The notes beneath the pieces were generated by a model. The model made no database searches, was not told the DNA's origin, and worked only from the letters and a program-made list of their open reading frames with translations. Positions 56,000 to 64,000 of a stretch of DNA of 64,000 nt are shown here, one piece after another. Source of the DNA: Methanoregulaceae archaeon PtaB.Bin056. Lineage in GTDB: Archaea; Halobacteriota; Methanomicrobia; Methanomicrobiales; Methanospirillaceae. The stretch covers positions 25,959-89,958 of the forward strand of contig MVQD01000038.1 of assembly GCA_002067095.1 (NCBI GenBank), given 5' to 3'. The first letter of the stretch is position 1; every line of letters begins with the position of its first letter. A program made the position numbers and the translations under genes.

Positions 56000-58437
56000 C
56001 AGGTCACCTCCTGTACCCTGCTTGAAAGATCGCTTCCCATCTCCACCATCAGCGTGTTCGAAAACTCCCCCTGGATATCAGGGATGTGGGAAATGAGGAT
56101 TATCTGGGGAAACCTGGACTCCTGGGTCCTGAGCGCGGACAGGAGGTTGTTCCGCCGTTCCTCGTCCTGGCTCCCAAAGATCTCGTCAAATATCAACAGG
56201 GTGCTCTCGTGGACCTGATGAAGGCTGGCAAGATATCGTGAGAGTGCGATCCTGAGCGCGACGGCAATATCATCCTGTTCCCCGCCGCTGAAACGTTCGA
56301 TAGGGTAATCGTTGTCAATGTCCCTGACGAGAAGGTTGAAGTCCTCGTCAAGCAGCACCTGTTCGTACCGCCCTCCCGTGATCTCCCCGAGTACCACGCT
56401 GACTTCGGCCTCTATCCGGCTCCGGACGACCTGCATCAGGTAGAGCACATACTCGCCGATCATGGTGCGGGTGAGGCGGAGGAGAACTGTCTCTTCACCA
56501 AGTGCGGAGGTCTGCCTTTTGAGGTTTGCGATTGCATCCTCCTCGTTCCTGTGCCGCTCGAGCATCTCCAGGAGATACCTGAGCCGCTCCCTGGTGCGCG
56601 CCATCTCCGCCTCCGATGCACGGATGGCAGAATCAACAGCAGATATTGCCTCTTCGAGCAAAATCCCATCATCCGGGTTGAATCCAGACTGGTCTATCTG
56701 GTCCTTGACAGCGGCGAGTTCTTCCTGCTTCTGCCCAATGCGGAGATCAAGATCGATCCCCTGGCCCTTCAGAGCATCCGCGTGCGCAATGACCCTGCCA
56801 ATCTCAACGAAGCGCCGGTGGAGGCGTTCCAGTTCAGCGACTTCCTTCTCGGCAAGTATATGGCGGGCCTCATCAAACCCCATCTTCTGCATCCGATCCC
56901 TGAGAGTGGCAATGGACGCCTTTTTGACCTGCAGTCGGGAGGAAAGTTCACGGAGCTCAGCATCAATGGAATCACGGCCTTTGAGCCTTTCAGTGATCTC
57001 ACGTATCTCTTGAAGGGCGGGCCTCTGCCTGATGATCAGCTCCTTCTCCCTGTTGAGGCGTTCCTCCTCGCCGCATGCACGGAGCGCATCCTCCTCGACC
57101 TGTAGAAGCCGTGACGAGAACTCATCCTCTATCTTTGTGAAATGAGTGCCGAGTTTCTGGCGGCAGAGCGGGCATATACCATCGGGGCCGGCAGACTCAA
57201 TCATGTTCCAGTCAGAGACAATCGTTCTCCTTTCATTAACCAGGTGCTCAAGCCTCGCCGAGATATTCCCTATGGCATGAATGATCCTGGCCTCCCTCGA
57301 GGCAACCTCCTCTTCAAGAGAATGACCACACACATCATCCCTTATTCCGAGGTGCTCACGGACACCTCTCTCCAGGTGTGCAAGCCTTTCAGCGTCACGG
57401 TCGAGTGCGGCTCTCCTCCCGCGCTCTCTCTCGATCCTTGCCTCGATGTCCCTGCACTCCTGCTCAGCAACCCTGTAATCGGAGAGGAGGCGATCGAACT
57501 CCACCCTCTGTTCACGTAACTCCGAGAGCTGCTTCACCTTCGTCTCAAAACCGGCAAGGTCGTGCTCGAGCTGCCTGTATTCCCTTTCCTGCCCGGCAAT
57601 GGCGGCAACCTGCGCGGTGACCCGGTCTTTCTGGTTCCGGAGCCCGGACACTTCGGCTAGGAGCGAACGGTGCCGCTCTACGAGCCGGGTATGTTCAGTC
57701 TTCTTCTTGGAAAAATCCTGCATTTGCCGGACCAGCGCCTGTCTTTGGGCAGTATGGCCATCAACCACCTGCGCAAGCTGACTAAGTGTGGACCTGCATT
57801 CGTCCGCGGAGCCCGCCAGGAGCTGCCCGGCTTGCGGATCATGACGATCGATGAGCCCTTTGAGCTCGCCTTCCCGCAGCCGGAGTTCCTGCTCCTTTGC
57901 ATCTATCCGTTCTTTCAGGAGCCTGTCGCTCTCGTTCTTGAGGTAGTCAATGCCCAGTGCACGCAGAAACCATTCCTTCCGTTTCCCCGGGGTATGTTCA
58001 AGCAGTGTGAGGAGATCCTTCTGGGCTGCATAGACAGTATTCCGAAAATCAACCGGACCCATCCCAAGGGTTCTCCTGACCTCTGTCTCGACCTGGCTCA
58101 CGCCGGTCGCACGCAGTTTTCCTGCCCGGTAAAATGTCGCATCGTGCAAAACGGCCTTTCCTTTCCTGAACGTGCGGAGGACCGTGTACTCGTCACCGCC
58201 AACCCTGAAATCGAGCCGCACCTCGCACTTCTCCTTCGGGCCGGCAAACGAGGATACGATGTATTCAGACAGGATACCCGTTGCCTGGACACCATACAGG
58301 GCAAAAAAGATCGCCTCGACGATACTGCTCTTCCCGGTCCCGTTGTTTCCGAGGATTCCGGTAATGCCATCCCTGAAACGGATCTCCTGCTGTCGGAATC
58401 GCTTGAAATTCTTCATAATGAGGCGGTCGATGATCAC
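55999..58437 (-). CDS. rad50: Rad50 SMC-like ATPase
   Basis: GTG start (MIIDRLIMKNFKRF), Walker A GNNGTGKSS, long coiled coil with the zinc hook CPLC, signature FSGGEQ, and Walker B LLIFDEIF. Confidence 0.92.
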   Translation of the reverse strand: MIIDRLIMKNFKRFRQQEIRFRDGITGILGNNGTGKSSIVEAIFFALYGVQATGILSEYIVSSFAGPKEKCEVRLDFRVGGDEYTVLRTFRKGKAVLHDATFYRAGKLRATGVSQVETEVRRTLGMGPVDFRNTVYAAQKDLLTLLEHTPGKRKEWFLRALGIDYLKNESDRLLKERIDAKEQELRLREGELKGLIDRHDPQAGQLLAGSADECRSTLSQLAQVVDGHTAQRQALVRQMQDFSKKKTEHTRLVERHRSLLAEVSGLRNQKDRVTAQVAAIAGQEREYRQLEHDLAGFETKVKQLSELREQRVEFDRLLSDYRVAEQECRDIEARIERERGRRAALDRDAERLAHLERGVREHLGIRDDVCGHSLEEEVASREARIIHAIGNISARLEHLVNERRTIVSDWNMIESAGPDGICPLCRQKLGTHFTKIEDEFSSRLLQVEEDALRACGEEERLNREKELIIRQRPALQEIREITERLKGRDSIDAELRELSSRLQVKKASIATLRDRMQKMGFDEARHILAEKEVAELERLHRRFVEIGRVIAHADALKGQGIDLDLRIGQKQEELAAVKDQIDQSGFNPDDGILLEEAISAVDSAIRASEAEMARTRERLRYLLEMLERHRNEEDAIANLKRQTSALGEETVLLRLTRTMIGEYVLYLMQVVRSRIEAEVSVVLGEITGGRYEQVLLDEDFNLLVRDIDNDYPIERFSGGEQDDIAVALRIALSRYLASLHQVHESTLLIFDEIFGSQDEERRNNLLSALRTQESRFPQIILISHIPDIQGEFSNTLMVEMGSDLSSRVQEVT

Positions 58438-59576
58438 TCCCCATCCTCCCTGTGCCTCTCCATCACCGCGCCCAGGACTGCAAGACCGCAGCGTCCGACA
58501 TACTCCTTTTGGCCGGCAGGGATCTGCTGCTTTTCGACAAAAGAGGAGAACTCCTTCAAGTAGTCGATGCTTTTGACGTCCTGCTGAAGAGGGACGACCT
58601 TGCCCGTATCAGATGCCCTCACCCGGATCTTAAGGTCCAGCAGTCTCTCCCTGACAGGGATAAGCTCGCGGGTATCCGGCCCCTTTCCATGCTCGCGGGA
58701 GAGGCCGTCAAGAGTCACCTGAGCCATCGAGAACAGAGGGATATCCCTCTCTTCAACCCGCGAGACAATCTCGCCAGTGATCTCGCCGGGTGTGACTCCC
58801 TCGCAGGGTATTGTCCCAAGGTCGAACATGGGCGTATGGGGAAGCGGGAATCGCGTGACGGTATGGGAGTCGAGGCTGACCAGGAGGCCTCCCTTTGAAT
58901 CAGAGATCTCCCCGTAGGTGAGATACTCGATGGAACCGGAATACCAGGCATTTTCGGTTATCTGGGACTGGCAATGGTAGTGGCCGAGCGCGATGTAGTC
59001 AAACGTGTCAGAGAGTATGGTGCTGTCCAGTTCATGCTCTGCGACCGTGGCCAGTCTCCGGTCCCTTACCTGGGTTGCAAGCCCGTGGGTCACCAGCACG
59101 TTGTGGTGGCTGTTCGAGAGTTCCACAGCATCGTATGCACTCCGGTAATCTTCGGCGCGAAGCATGTTTGGGATGAGGTGGAACATGCAGTCTCCAATCT
59201 CTCTCTTCTCGTACCGGAACGAATAGGCAGCAAAGATATCCCCGGGGTGGTAGACAAGGACTTCGAAGGGGGACGTCGTGTACCGGGTCTTTGTCATGCT
59301 GTGGTTCCCTGCGATGACGACCAGGGGGATCCCTGCCCGATGGAGCCGTTCGAGTGCTTCAAGGATGGTCGTATACGCCTTGGTCTTTGGTTTTACCTGG
59401 TCAAAGAGGTCACCGGCATGAACCAGCACATCAGGTTTTGCCGCGATGATCCGATCGACAGACGATAAAAAATTCTCATATATCTGCTTCTCCCGAAGGT
59501 TCAGGCCCGATTCGGGATCGAGGCGGTTGAACTGCGAGAGGCCGAGGTGGGTGTCGGCGATGTGGATCAGATTCAT
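58434..59576 (-). CDS. mre11: Mre11 nuclease (calcineurin-like phosphoesterase)
   Basis: The start is at MNLIHIADTHLG (59576). Motifs IADTH, HAGDLFD, GNHS, VTHG and LGHYH are present. Its stop overlaps the rad50 GTG (GTGA). Confidence 0.9.
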   Translation of the reverse strand: MNLIHIADTHLGLSQFNRLDPESGLNLREKQIYENFLSSVDRIIAAKPDVLVHAGDLFDQVKPKTKAYTTILEALERLHRAGIPLVVIAGNHSMTKTRYTTSPFEVLVYHPGDIFAAYSFRYEKREIGDCMFHLIPNMLRAEDYRSAYDAVELSNSHHNVLVTHGLATQVRDRRLATVAEHELDSTILSDTFDYIALGHYHCQSQITENAWYSGSIEYLTYGEISDSKGGLLVSLDSHTVTRFPLPHTPMFDLGTIPCEGVTPGEITGEIVSRVEERDIPLFSMAQVTLDGLSREHGKGPDTRELIPVRERLLDLKIRVRASDTGKVVPLQQDVKSIDYLKEFSSFVEKQQIPAGQKEYVGRCGLAVLGAVMERHREDGE

Positions 59577-60078
59577 CTTTTCTGATGTCTCTTTTTGACG
59601 GCCGGGCTTATAAGTGAAAGGGGGGTGGGGTGAAAGTAATCTCATACCCCTCCTTCATCCTGTCGCACACAGGCACTGCATCTCTCGGATCACGCATTGA
59701 TCGCCATATTCGGCGATTCTCAGTTTAAAAAAAGTATTTCCTTATCTTATCCGTGATATTTTCAAACCGCGTGTTGCTCTTTGGGGTAGTGAATGATGAT
59801 CTTTTCTTCATATCCAGATATACAGGTCATAGCAGGCACCCGGCACCAACGTGAAATATTCTGATCCTGATCACGACTTTTATAGTGAAAATGGAAATTC
59901 CCTCTGCAAAGTCAGTTTTTCTGAGTTCCCGGAATTCATTATGAGCGCGTATATAATTCATCGCAAATGGTGTGATTCACAGAAAAGATCGGGCACTGAA
60001 TGACGCACCAATTTCTGGTTCACGCGGGAGAAGAAGAATACCCCCTTCCGAAGGACTCAAATCCTCACGAACAAGGGG

Positions 60079-60618
60079 TTAATCGCTCGATTTTTCCTTT
60101 GTTTTTGACCTGGTCTCGATGACCTTGTCGATCTTTGTCATGGCAACGGCATTGACGACGGGGTCTCCCCCCATGATGTACCTCTTCATGACCTGCCCGT
60201 AGACCTCCACCACGTCACCCTTTCTTATCTTCTCCCGGGGGGAAGTGAACATCTTGACAGAGATCTCTCCGCTCCTGTCGGCGACGAGAAACTGCGGACG
60301 GTTCAGGAACTGGAAGTAGACCCGCTCTACGAGGCCTTCGATCTTCACGAGGTCGCCGAGCATGTGCTCGTTGATCATCTTGATACGGACTGGTCTGGCT
60401 TTCGCCCGGTACATCGGTTCGAGCTCTGCATACTGGCTCTGGCTCATGTAATTGAGTGCCATGGGTATGAAGAACATGAAGATGATCGTGGGGATGCCCC
60501 AGAGGAGATACACCTGGTCGCCAGTGACAGAATAGGTGTAAATTAAAAGGATAGAGAAGGTCACAACCACCGCGATTGCGACAATTGAGACCTTCGCGTT
60601 GACTTCTCCGATCTTCAT
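60079..60618 (-). CDS. membrane protein with C-terminal OB-fold-like domain
   Basis: Two N-terminal TM helices are followed by LGDLVKIEGLVERVYF...GEISVKMF...KGDVVEVYGQV, an OB-fold-like pattern. Confidence 0.55.
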   Translation of the reverse strand: MKIGEVNAKVSIVAIAVVVTFSILLIYTYSVTGDQVYLLWGIPTIIFMFFIPMALNYMSQSQYAELEPMYRAKARPVRIKMINEHMLGDLVKIEGLVERVYFQFLNRPQFLVADRSGEISVKMFTSPREKIRKGDVVEVYGQVMKRYIMGGDPVVNAVAMTKIDKVIETRSKTKEKSSD

Positions 60619-60628
60619 CAGGTCACGT

Positions 60629-61507
60629 TTACTTCAGGGCCGCGATCTCTTTCCTGAAGGCAACCCAGTAGATGACTCCCACGAAGAACATGCCACCGAC
60701 GATATTTCCTATCGTGACGATGATCATGTTGTTGGTCCAGAAGGTCACCCAGTTCAGTCCGGCATTGATCTTTGCCGGGTCAGTGATGAAGCCCTGTGTC
60801 AGGATGCCCGCGGAGATGAAGTACTGGTTGGCAATGGAGTGTTCGAATCCGGTGGAGACGAAGGCCATGATCGGGAACCATATGCCAAAGAACTTGCCTA
60901 CCGCGTCATCTGCGCAGATACCAAGCAGGATTGCCAGGTTCACGAGCCAGTTACAACCGATACCCTTGAGGAAGGCCGACCACATACCCATGGTGCCGAC
61001 ATAACTCACTTTCGCCGATGCTATCGCTATCGCCCTCGTACCGAACGCGGTTACCGTTGCAGTTCCTGCCGCGTCGAATGTGACGAACGGTCCGTTGGCC
61101 ATAATGTACGCGTACACGACAGACCCGATAAGGTTTCCAATGTACACCCAGACCCAGAGGTTGAGCACCTGGGCCCACGAGATCTTGTGGATGAAGGCTG
61201 CCATCGGGGCCAGCATCGCGTCACCGGTGAACAGCTCTGCACCGGTCAGCACGGTGATGATAAGCCCGACAGGGAACACCGCTCCCGTGATGAGCTGGGC
61301 AAACCCTGCGCTTGCAGTGCCGTAGCGCATTGCTGCATCGGTCGCGAGGATCCCAGTGCTGCACACAGTTGCAAGTCCGCCACCCATGGCGATGTATGCA
61401 CCGGACATGAATCCACGAAGGATCATGTTCCAGGCGGGGAGACTCACTTTGTACTTCCCAGCATCACCGGCTTTAGCAGTGATTGCTACCGGGGGATGAA
61501 ACACCAT
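60629..61507 (-). CDS. fdhC: formate/nitrite transporter family protein (FdhC-like)
   Basis: GAELFTGD and GIGCNWLVNLAILLG are conserved FNT motifs. 292 aa. Confidence 0.88.
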   Translation of the reverse strand: MVFHPPVAITAKAGDAGKYKVSLPAWNMILRGFMSGAYIAMGGGLATVCSTGILATDAAMRYGTASAGFAQLITGAVFPVGLIITVLTGAELFTGDAMLAPMAAFIHKISWAQVLNLWVWVYIGNLIGSVVYAYIMANGPFVTFDAAGTATVTAFGTRAIAIASAKVSYVGTMGMWSAFLKGIGCNWLVNLAILLGICADDAVGKFFGIWFPIMAFVSTGFEHSIANQYFISAGILTQGFITDPAKINAGLNWVTFWTNNMIIVTIGNIVGGMFFVGVIYWVAFRKEIAALK

Positions 61508-61611
61508 TTGTTACACACCTCTCGAATGTCCTACCTATACCATAACCCACTAGTTCACTTCGCGTATAGGTTCAAAATTAAAATCCTTTCTGGTGTTATT
61601 AATACCTTTCT

Positions 61612-61650
61612 AAATGATTTTTGCACTGCATTGGCAGTTTGCAATCATTT
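61612..61650. promoter_or_regulatory. imperfect palindrome AAATGATT-N23-AATCATTT upstream of fdhC
   Basis: The 8-bp arms were read directly from the sequence. There is inner partial symmetry (TGCACTGCA / GCAGTTTGCA). It lies 105-143 nt upstream of the fdhC ATG in an AT-rich region. Confidence 0.35.
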
Positions 61651-61713
61651 AAATTAAAATATTATCAAAAAGAAGGCAAAATTCATCACTCAAAAACTTT
61701 CTTCTTTATAAGG

Positions 61714-62478
61714 TCAAAGAGGCCGGCGCCTCCCGCTCGCATCGCGGGAATAATGCCCGAACTCGCTTCTTTTGAGGATATCTCCCCGGAATACCGGCCC
61801 GTCTCTGCACACCCTGAATCCTTCCGGGTCGATGGCGCACGAACCGCAGACTCCCATCCCGCACTTCATGTACCGGTGCAGGCTGAAATAACCCATCCCC
61901 GGGCACCCGGCATGCACGAGGAAGTCAAGGACCGCCTTCATCATCCTCTCAGGGCCGCAGCAGAAGATGTGGTCATACAAGTCGAGATCTTCGGACACGA
62001 GGAGATCGACTACGACACCCCTGTGGCCGCACGTCCCGTCGTCGGTGGAAACGGATAGTTCAGTGAATGATTCAAGGATGCGGGGAAACAGGAGTTCCTC
62101 CGCCGAACGCGCACCAAGGAGACACTTTTTTACCACCCCGGCACGGACCGCGGGCAGGAGCGGGGCGGCTCCAACGCCACCGGCTATCGCAAGCACGCGA
62201 TGGGCCTCCGGGAACCCGTTTCCGAAGGGTCCCCGAATACCGATCATATCCCCCTCTTTAAGGGAGAAGAGCGCCGATGTCGCGTCCCCTACTCGCTGGA
62301 CGGTAATGGACGATGACGAGGAGAGCGCCATCGGGACTTCATCTACACCGGGAATCCAGACCATGACGAACTGGCCCGGGATGAACGAAAAAATGCGGTC
62401 AAATGTGAATGTCCTGACAGAGGGGGTCTCTTTGGTGATGCCTGTGATGCGTACAGGAACGGGCAGCCGTTCAGTCAT
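61714..62478 (-). CDS. pyrK: dihydroorotate dehydrogenase electron-transfer subunit PyrK
   Basis: An FAD/NAD-binding fold is followed by the C-terminal [2Fe-2S] motif MKCGMGVCGSCAI. The start at MTERLPVPV (62478) overlaps the pyrD stop by 8 nt. Confidence 0.85.
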   Translation of the reverse strand: MTERLPVPVRITGITKETPSVRTFTFDRIFSFIPGQFVMVWIPGVDEVPMALSSSSSITVQRVGDATSALFSLKEGDMIGIRGPFGNGFPEAHRVLAIAGGVGAAPLLPAVRAGVVKKCLLGARSAEELLFPRILESFTELSVSTDDGTCGHRGVVVDLLVSEDLDLYDHIFCCGPERMMKAVLDFLVHAGCPGMGYFSLHRYMKCGMGVCGSCAIDPEGFRVCRDGPVFRGDILKRSEFGHYSRDASGRRRPL

Positions 62479-63358
62479 GGGCGCACCCCACGATGGAATC
62501 AGCGGGCTCTCCTCTTCTGTCATACAGTTCTTCCGCAATTCGTCTGAATATTGAGATATCTTCCATGACGGCTGTCCCTATCTGGACTGCTGAGGCGCCG
62601 GCCATCATCATCTCAAGGACATCTTCGGCAGATGAGATGCCGCCGCACCCGATAATGGGAATTGAGCAGGCCTCGTAAAGGTCGTATACACACCTGACCG
62701 CGACGGGAAATATCGCCTTTCCTGACAGCCCTCCTGTCCTGTTACCGAGCACGGGCCTCCGCAGTCCGACCGAGACGCGCATGGCTTTCAGGGTATTGAT
62801 GGCCACGAGCGCGCTCGCCCCGCCGCGCTCGGCCGCCCTCCCAATCTCTGCAATGTCGGTCACGTTCGGGGTCAGCTTCACCCAGGTGGGGACCCCGCTT
62901 GCCGCGACCGCGCGGGTGCACTCTTCCACGAGTACCGGGTCGCTTCCAAGCGCTGCACCATACCCCTGTGCGTGGGGGCAGGAGAGGTTCAGTTCAAAGC
63001 CACTCACCTTCCCCGCAAACCATCCCGCAACGTCCGCAAATTCCGCGGCGCTTCCCCCGAATATGCTGACCACCACGGGTTTTCCGGCAAGGGGGCCCAG
63101 CTCGTCCAGGAATTCCATTGAGGGGTTGGGGAGGCCCATCGCGTTCAGGAGGCCCCCGCTGACCTGGACCAGGCAGGGGCCGGGATGACCTTCGAGAGGG
63201 ACCGGTCCGATTGACTTGGTGACCACGCCTCCCGCGCCTTCCGAGAGTACCCTCGCAAGAGAATAGCCCGTAGTCCCGAGTATGCCTGCGGCCAGCACGA
63301 GGTGGTTTCCGAGCGCAATATCCCCGACCCTGACAGGGCCGGGCACAAGTCTGAGCAT
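62471..63358 (-). CDS. pyrD: dihydroorotate dehydrogenase class 1B catalytic subunit PyrD
   Basis: NLSCPH, LTPNVTDI, GLSGKAIFPVAVRCVY and GCGGISSAEDVLEMMMAGASAVQIGTA. Confidence 0.9.
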   Translation of the reverse strand: MLRLVPGPVRVGDIALGNHLVLAAGILGTTGYSLARVLSEGAGGVVTKSIGPVPLEGHPGPCLVQVSGGLLNAMGLPNPSMEFLDELGPLAGKPVVVSIFGGSAAEFADVAGWFAGKVSGFELNLSCPHAQGYGAALGSDPVLVEECTRAVAASGVPTWVKLTPNVTDIAEIGRAAERGGASALVAINTLKAMRVSVGLRRPVLGNRTGGLSGKAIFPVAVRCVYDLYEACSIPIIGCGGISSAEDVLEMMMAGASAVQIGTAVMEDISIFRRIAEELYDRRGEPADSIVGCAHD

Positions 63359-63420
63359 GTAAAGAAGAGATCACAGTGATTGTAATTATTTATTCTCCGG
63401 ACGGAGAATGATAGAAGAGT
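63359..63420. promoter_or_regulatory. 62-bp divergent pyrD/mdh promoter region with a shared AT-box and two palindromes
   Basis: TAATTATTTATT (63383-63394) lies 30-33 nt from both ATGs. The palindromes are ATCACAGTGAT (63370-63380) and TTCTCCGGACGGAGAA (63393-63408). Confidence 0.5.
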
Positions 63421-64000
63421 ATGACGACACTATCGGTGCTGGGAGTTGGCAGGATAGGGGGGGAGATTGCGTACCTCTCGGCGATTCTGGGTCTTGCAGA
63501 TGAACTGGTCATGTACGACGCGGTCCCTGCGTTCCTCCATTCCCAGGTCCTGGACCTCAAACATACCGGGCTTGAGATCCCGGTAAGCACCGATTGGAAG
63601 GACGTGAAGCAGAGCGATATATGCGTCTTCTCTGCGGGACTCCCCCGAAACCCCGACGTGAAGACGAGGGCCGATCTCCTCCAGGCCAATCTGCCGGTGG
63701 CATTCGAATGCAGCCAGGCGCTCCGTCATTTCGATGGCGTGCTGATCACCGTCACGAACCCCATGGATGCAAACAACTACTATCTGTGCAGAAAAAACCA
63801 TCTCGAACCTTCCCGCTGCATCGGGTTCGGGGGACAGCTCGACTCCGCGCGGTTCGGGCTTGAACTGAAGGCACGAAAAATACGCGGAGACCCATGGGTA
63901 ATCGGGGACCATGGAGAGTTCCAGGTGCCGCTCTTCAGCCACCTCAAGGACCAGGTCAGAAACCCCGTTCGTGAAGAGATCCTCGCGCACCTGCGCGGGG
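63421..64000 (+). CDS. mdh: malate/L-lactate dehydrogenase family (Mdh), partial at the right edge
   Basis: Absent from the track because there is no stop in the window. The ATG at 63421 gives MTTLSVLGVGRIGGEIAYLSAILGLADELVMYD (Rossmann GxGxxG) and ITVTNPMD. The - ORF 63430..63990 is its antisense shadow. Confidence 0.85.
   Translation, partial: MTTLSVLGVGRIGGEIAYLSAILGLADELVMYDAVPAFLHSQVLDLKHTGLEIPVSTDWKDVKQSDICVFSAGLPRNPDVKTRADLLQANLPVAFECSQALRHFDGVLITVTNPMDANNYYLCRKNHLEPSRCIGFGGQLDSARFGLELKARKIRGDPWVIGDHGEFQVPLFSHLKDQVRNPVREEILAHLRG

Noticed and set aside
57670-58563. 297-aa + ORF and other + ORFs across 56460-58576
   Set aside because: These are antisense shadows of rad50 and the mre11 3' end.
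60599-61657. 352-aa + strand ORF
   Set aside because: It is antisense to the FNT/FdhC gene, which has unmistakable family motifs. The + frame is His/Arg/Asp/Gly-rich nonsense.
63430-63990. 186-aa minus-strand ORF
   Set aside because: It is antisense to the mdh gene. The + strand reads a Rossmann GVGRIGG motif and TNPMD.

Overview
This is a 64-kb chromosomal segment that looks like it comes from a GC-rich euryarchaeal methanogen, most like Methanomicrobiales. That assignment is an inference from gene content: SepCysS, FdhC, a DUF1724-type regulator, Trm5, Dph6, an archaeal Mre11-Rad50-NurA-HerA operon, PyrD/PyrK class 1B, tungsten AOR, many ATGA/GTGA start-stop overlaps, and TATA-like boxes about 25-30 nt upstream of start codons. 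GC content was judged by eye, not computed. I can support about 69 protein-coding genes or gene remnants, mostly housekeeping or small-molecule metabolism, transport and DNA repair. I saw no rRNA, tRNA, CRISPR array, transposase or integrase. Many long ORFs in the track are antisense shadows of real genes, as expected for GC-rich DNA. The points I consider most worth a second look are: (1) a secreted protein built from six 66-bp tandem repeats whose only differences are synonymous, sitting in an AT-richer, ORF-poor island next to an ABC-2 exporter; (2) a Dph6 diphthine-ammonia ligase translationally coupled to a stand-alone glutamine amidotransferase; (3) a 61-aa helical ORF ATGA-coupled upstream of SepCysS; (4) a NERD-TM-CAP fusion protein; (5) a fully overlapped mre11-rad50-nurA-herA operon; (6) three decaying genes (MarC with two in-frame TGA codons, a frameshifted PhoU-like gene, a truncated beta-lactamase-like gene); and (7) several clean palindromic operator candidates. 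All family assignments come from motif recognition by eye. No database search was run.
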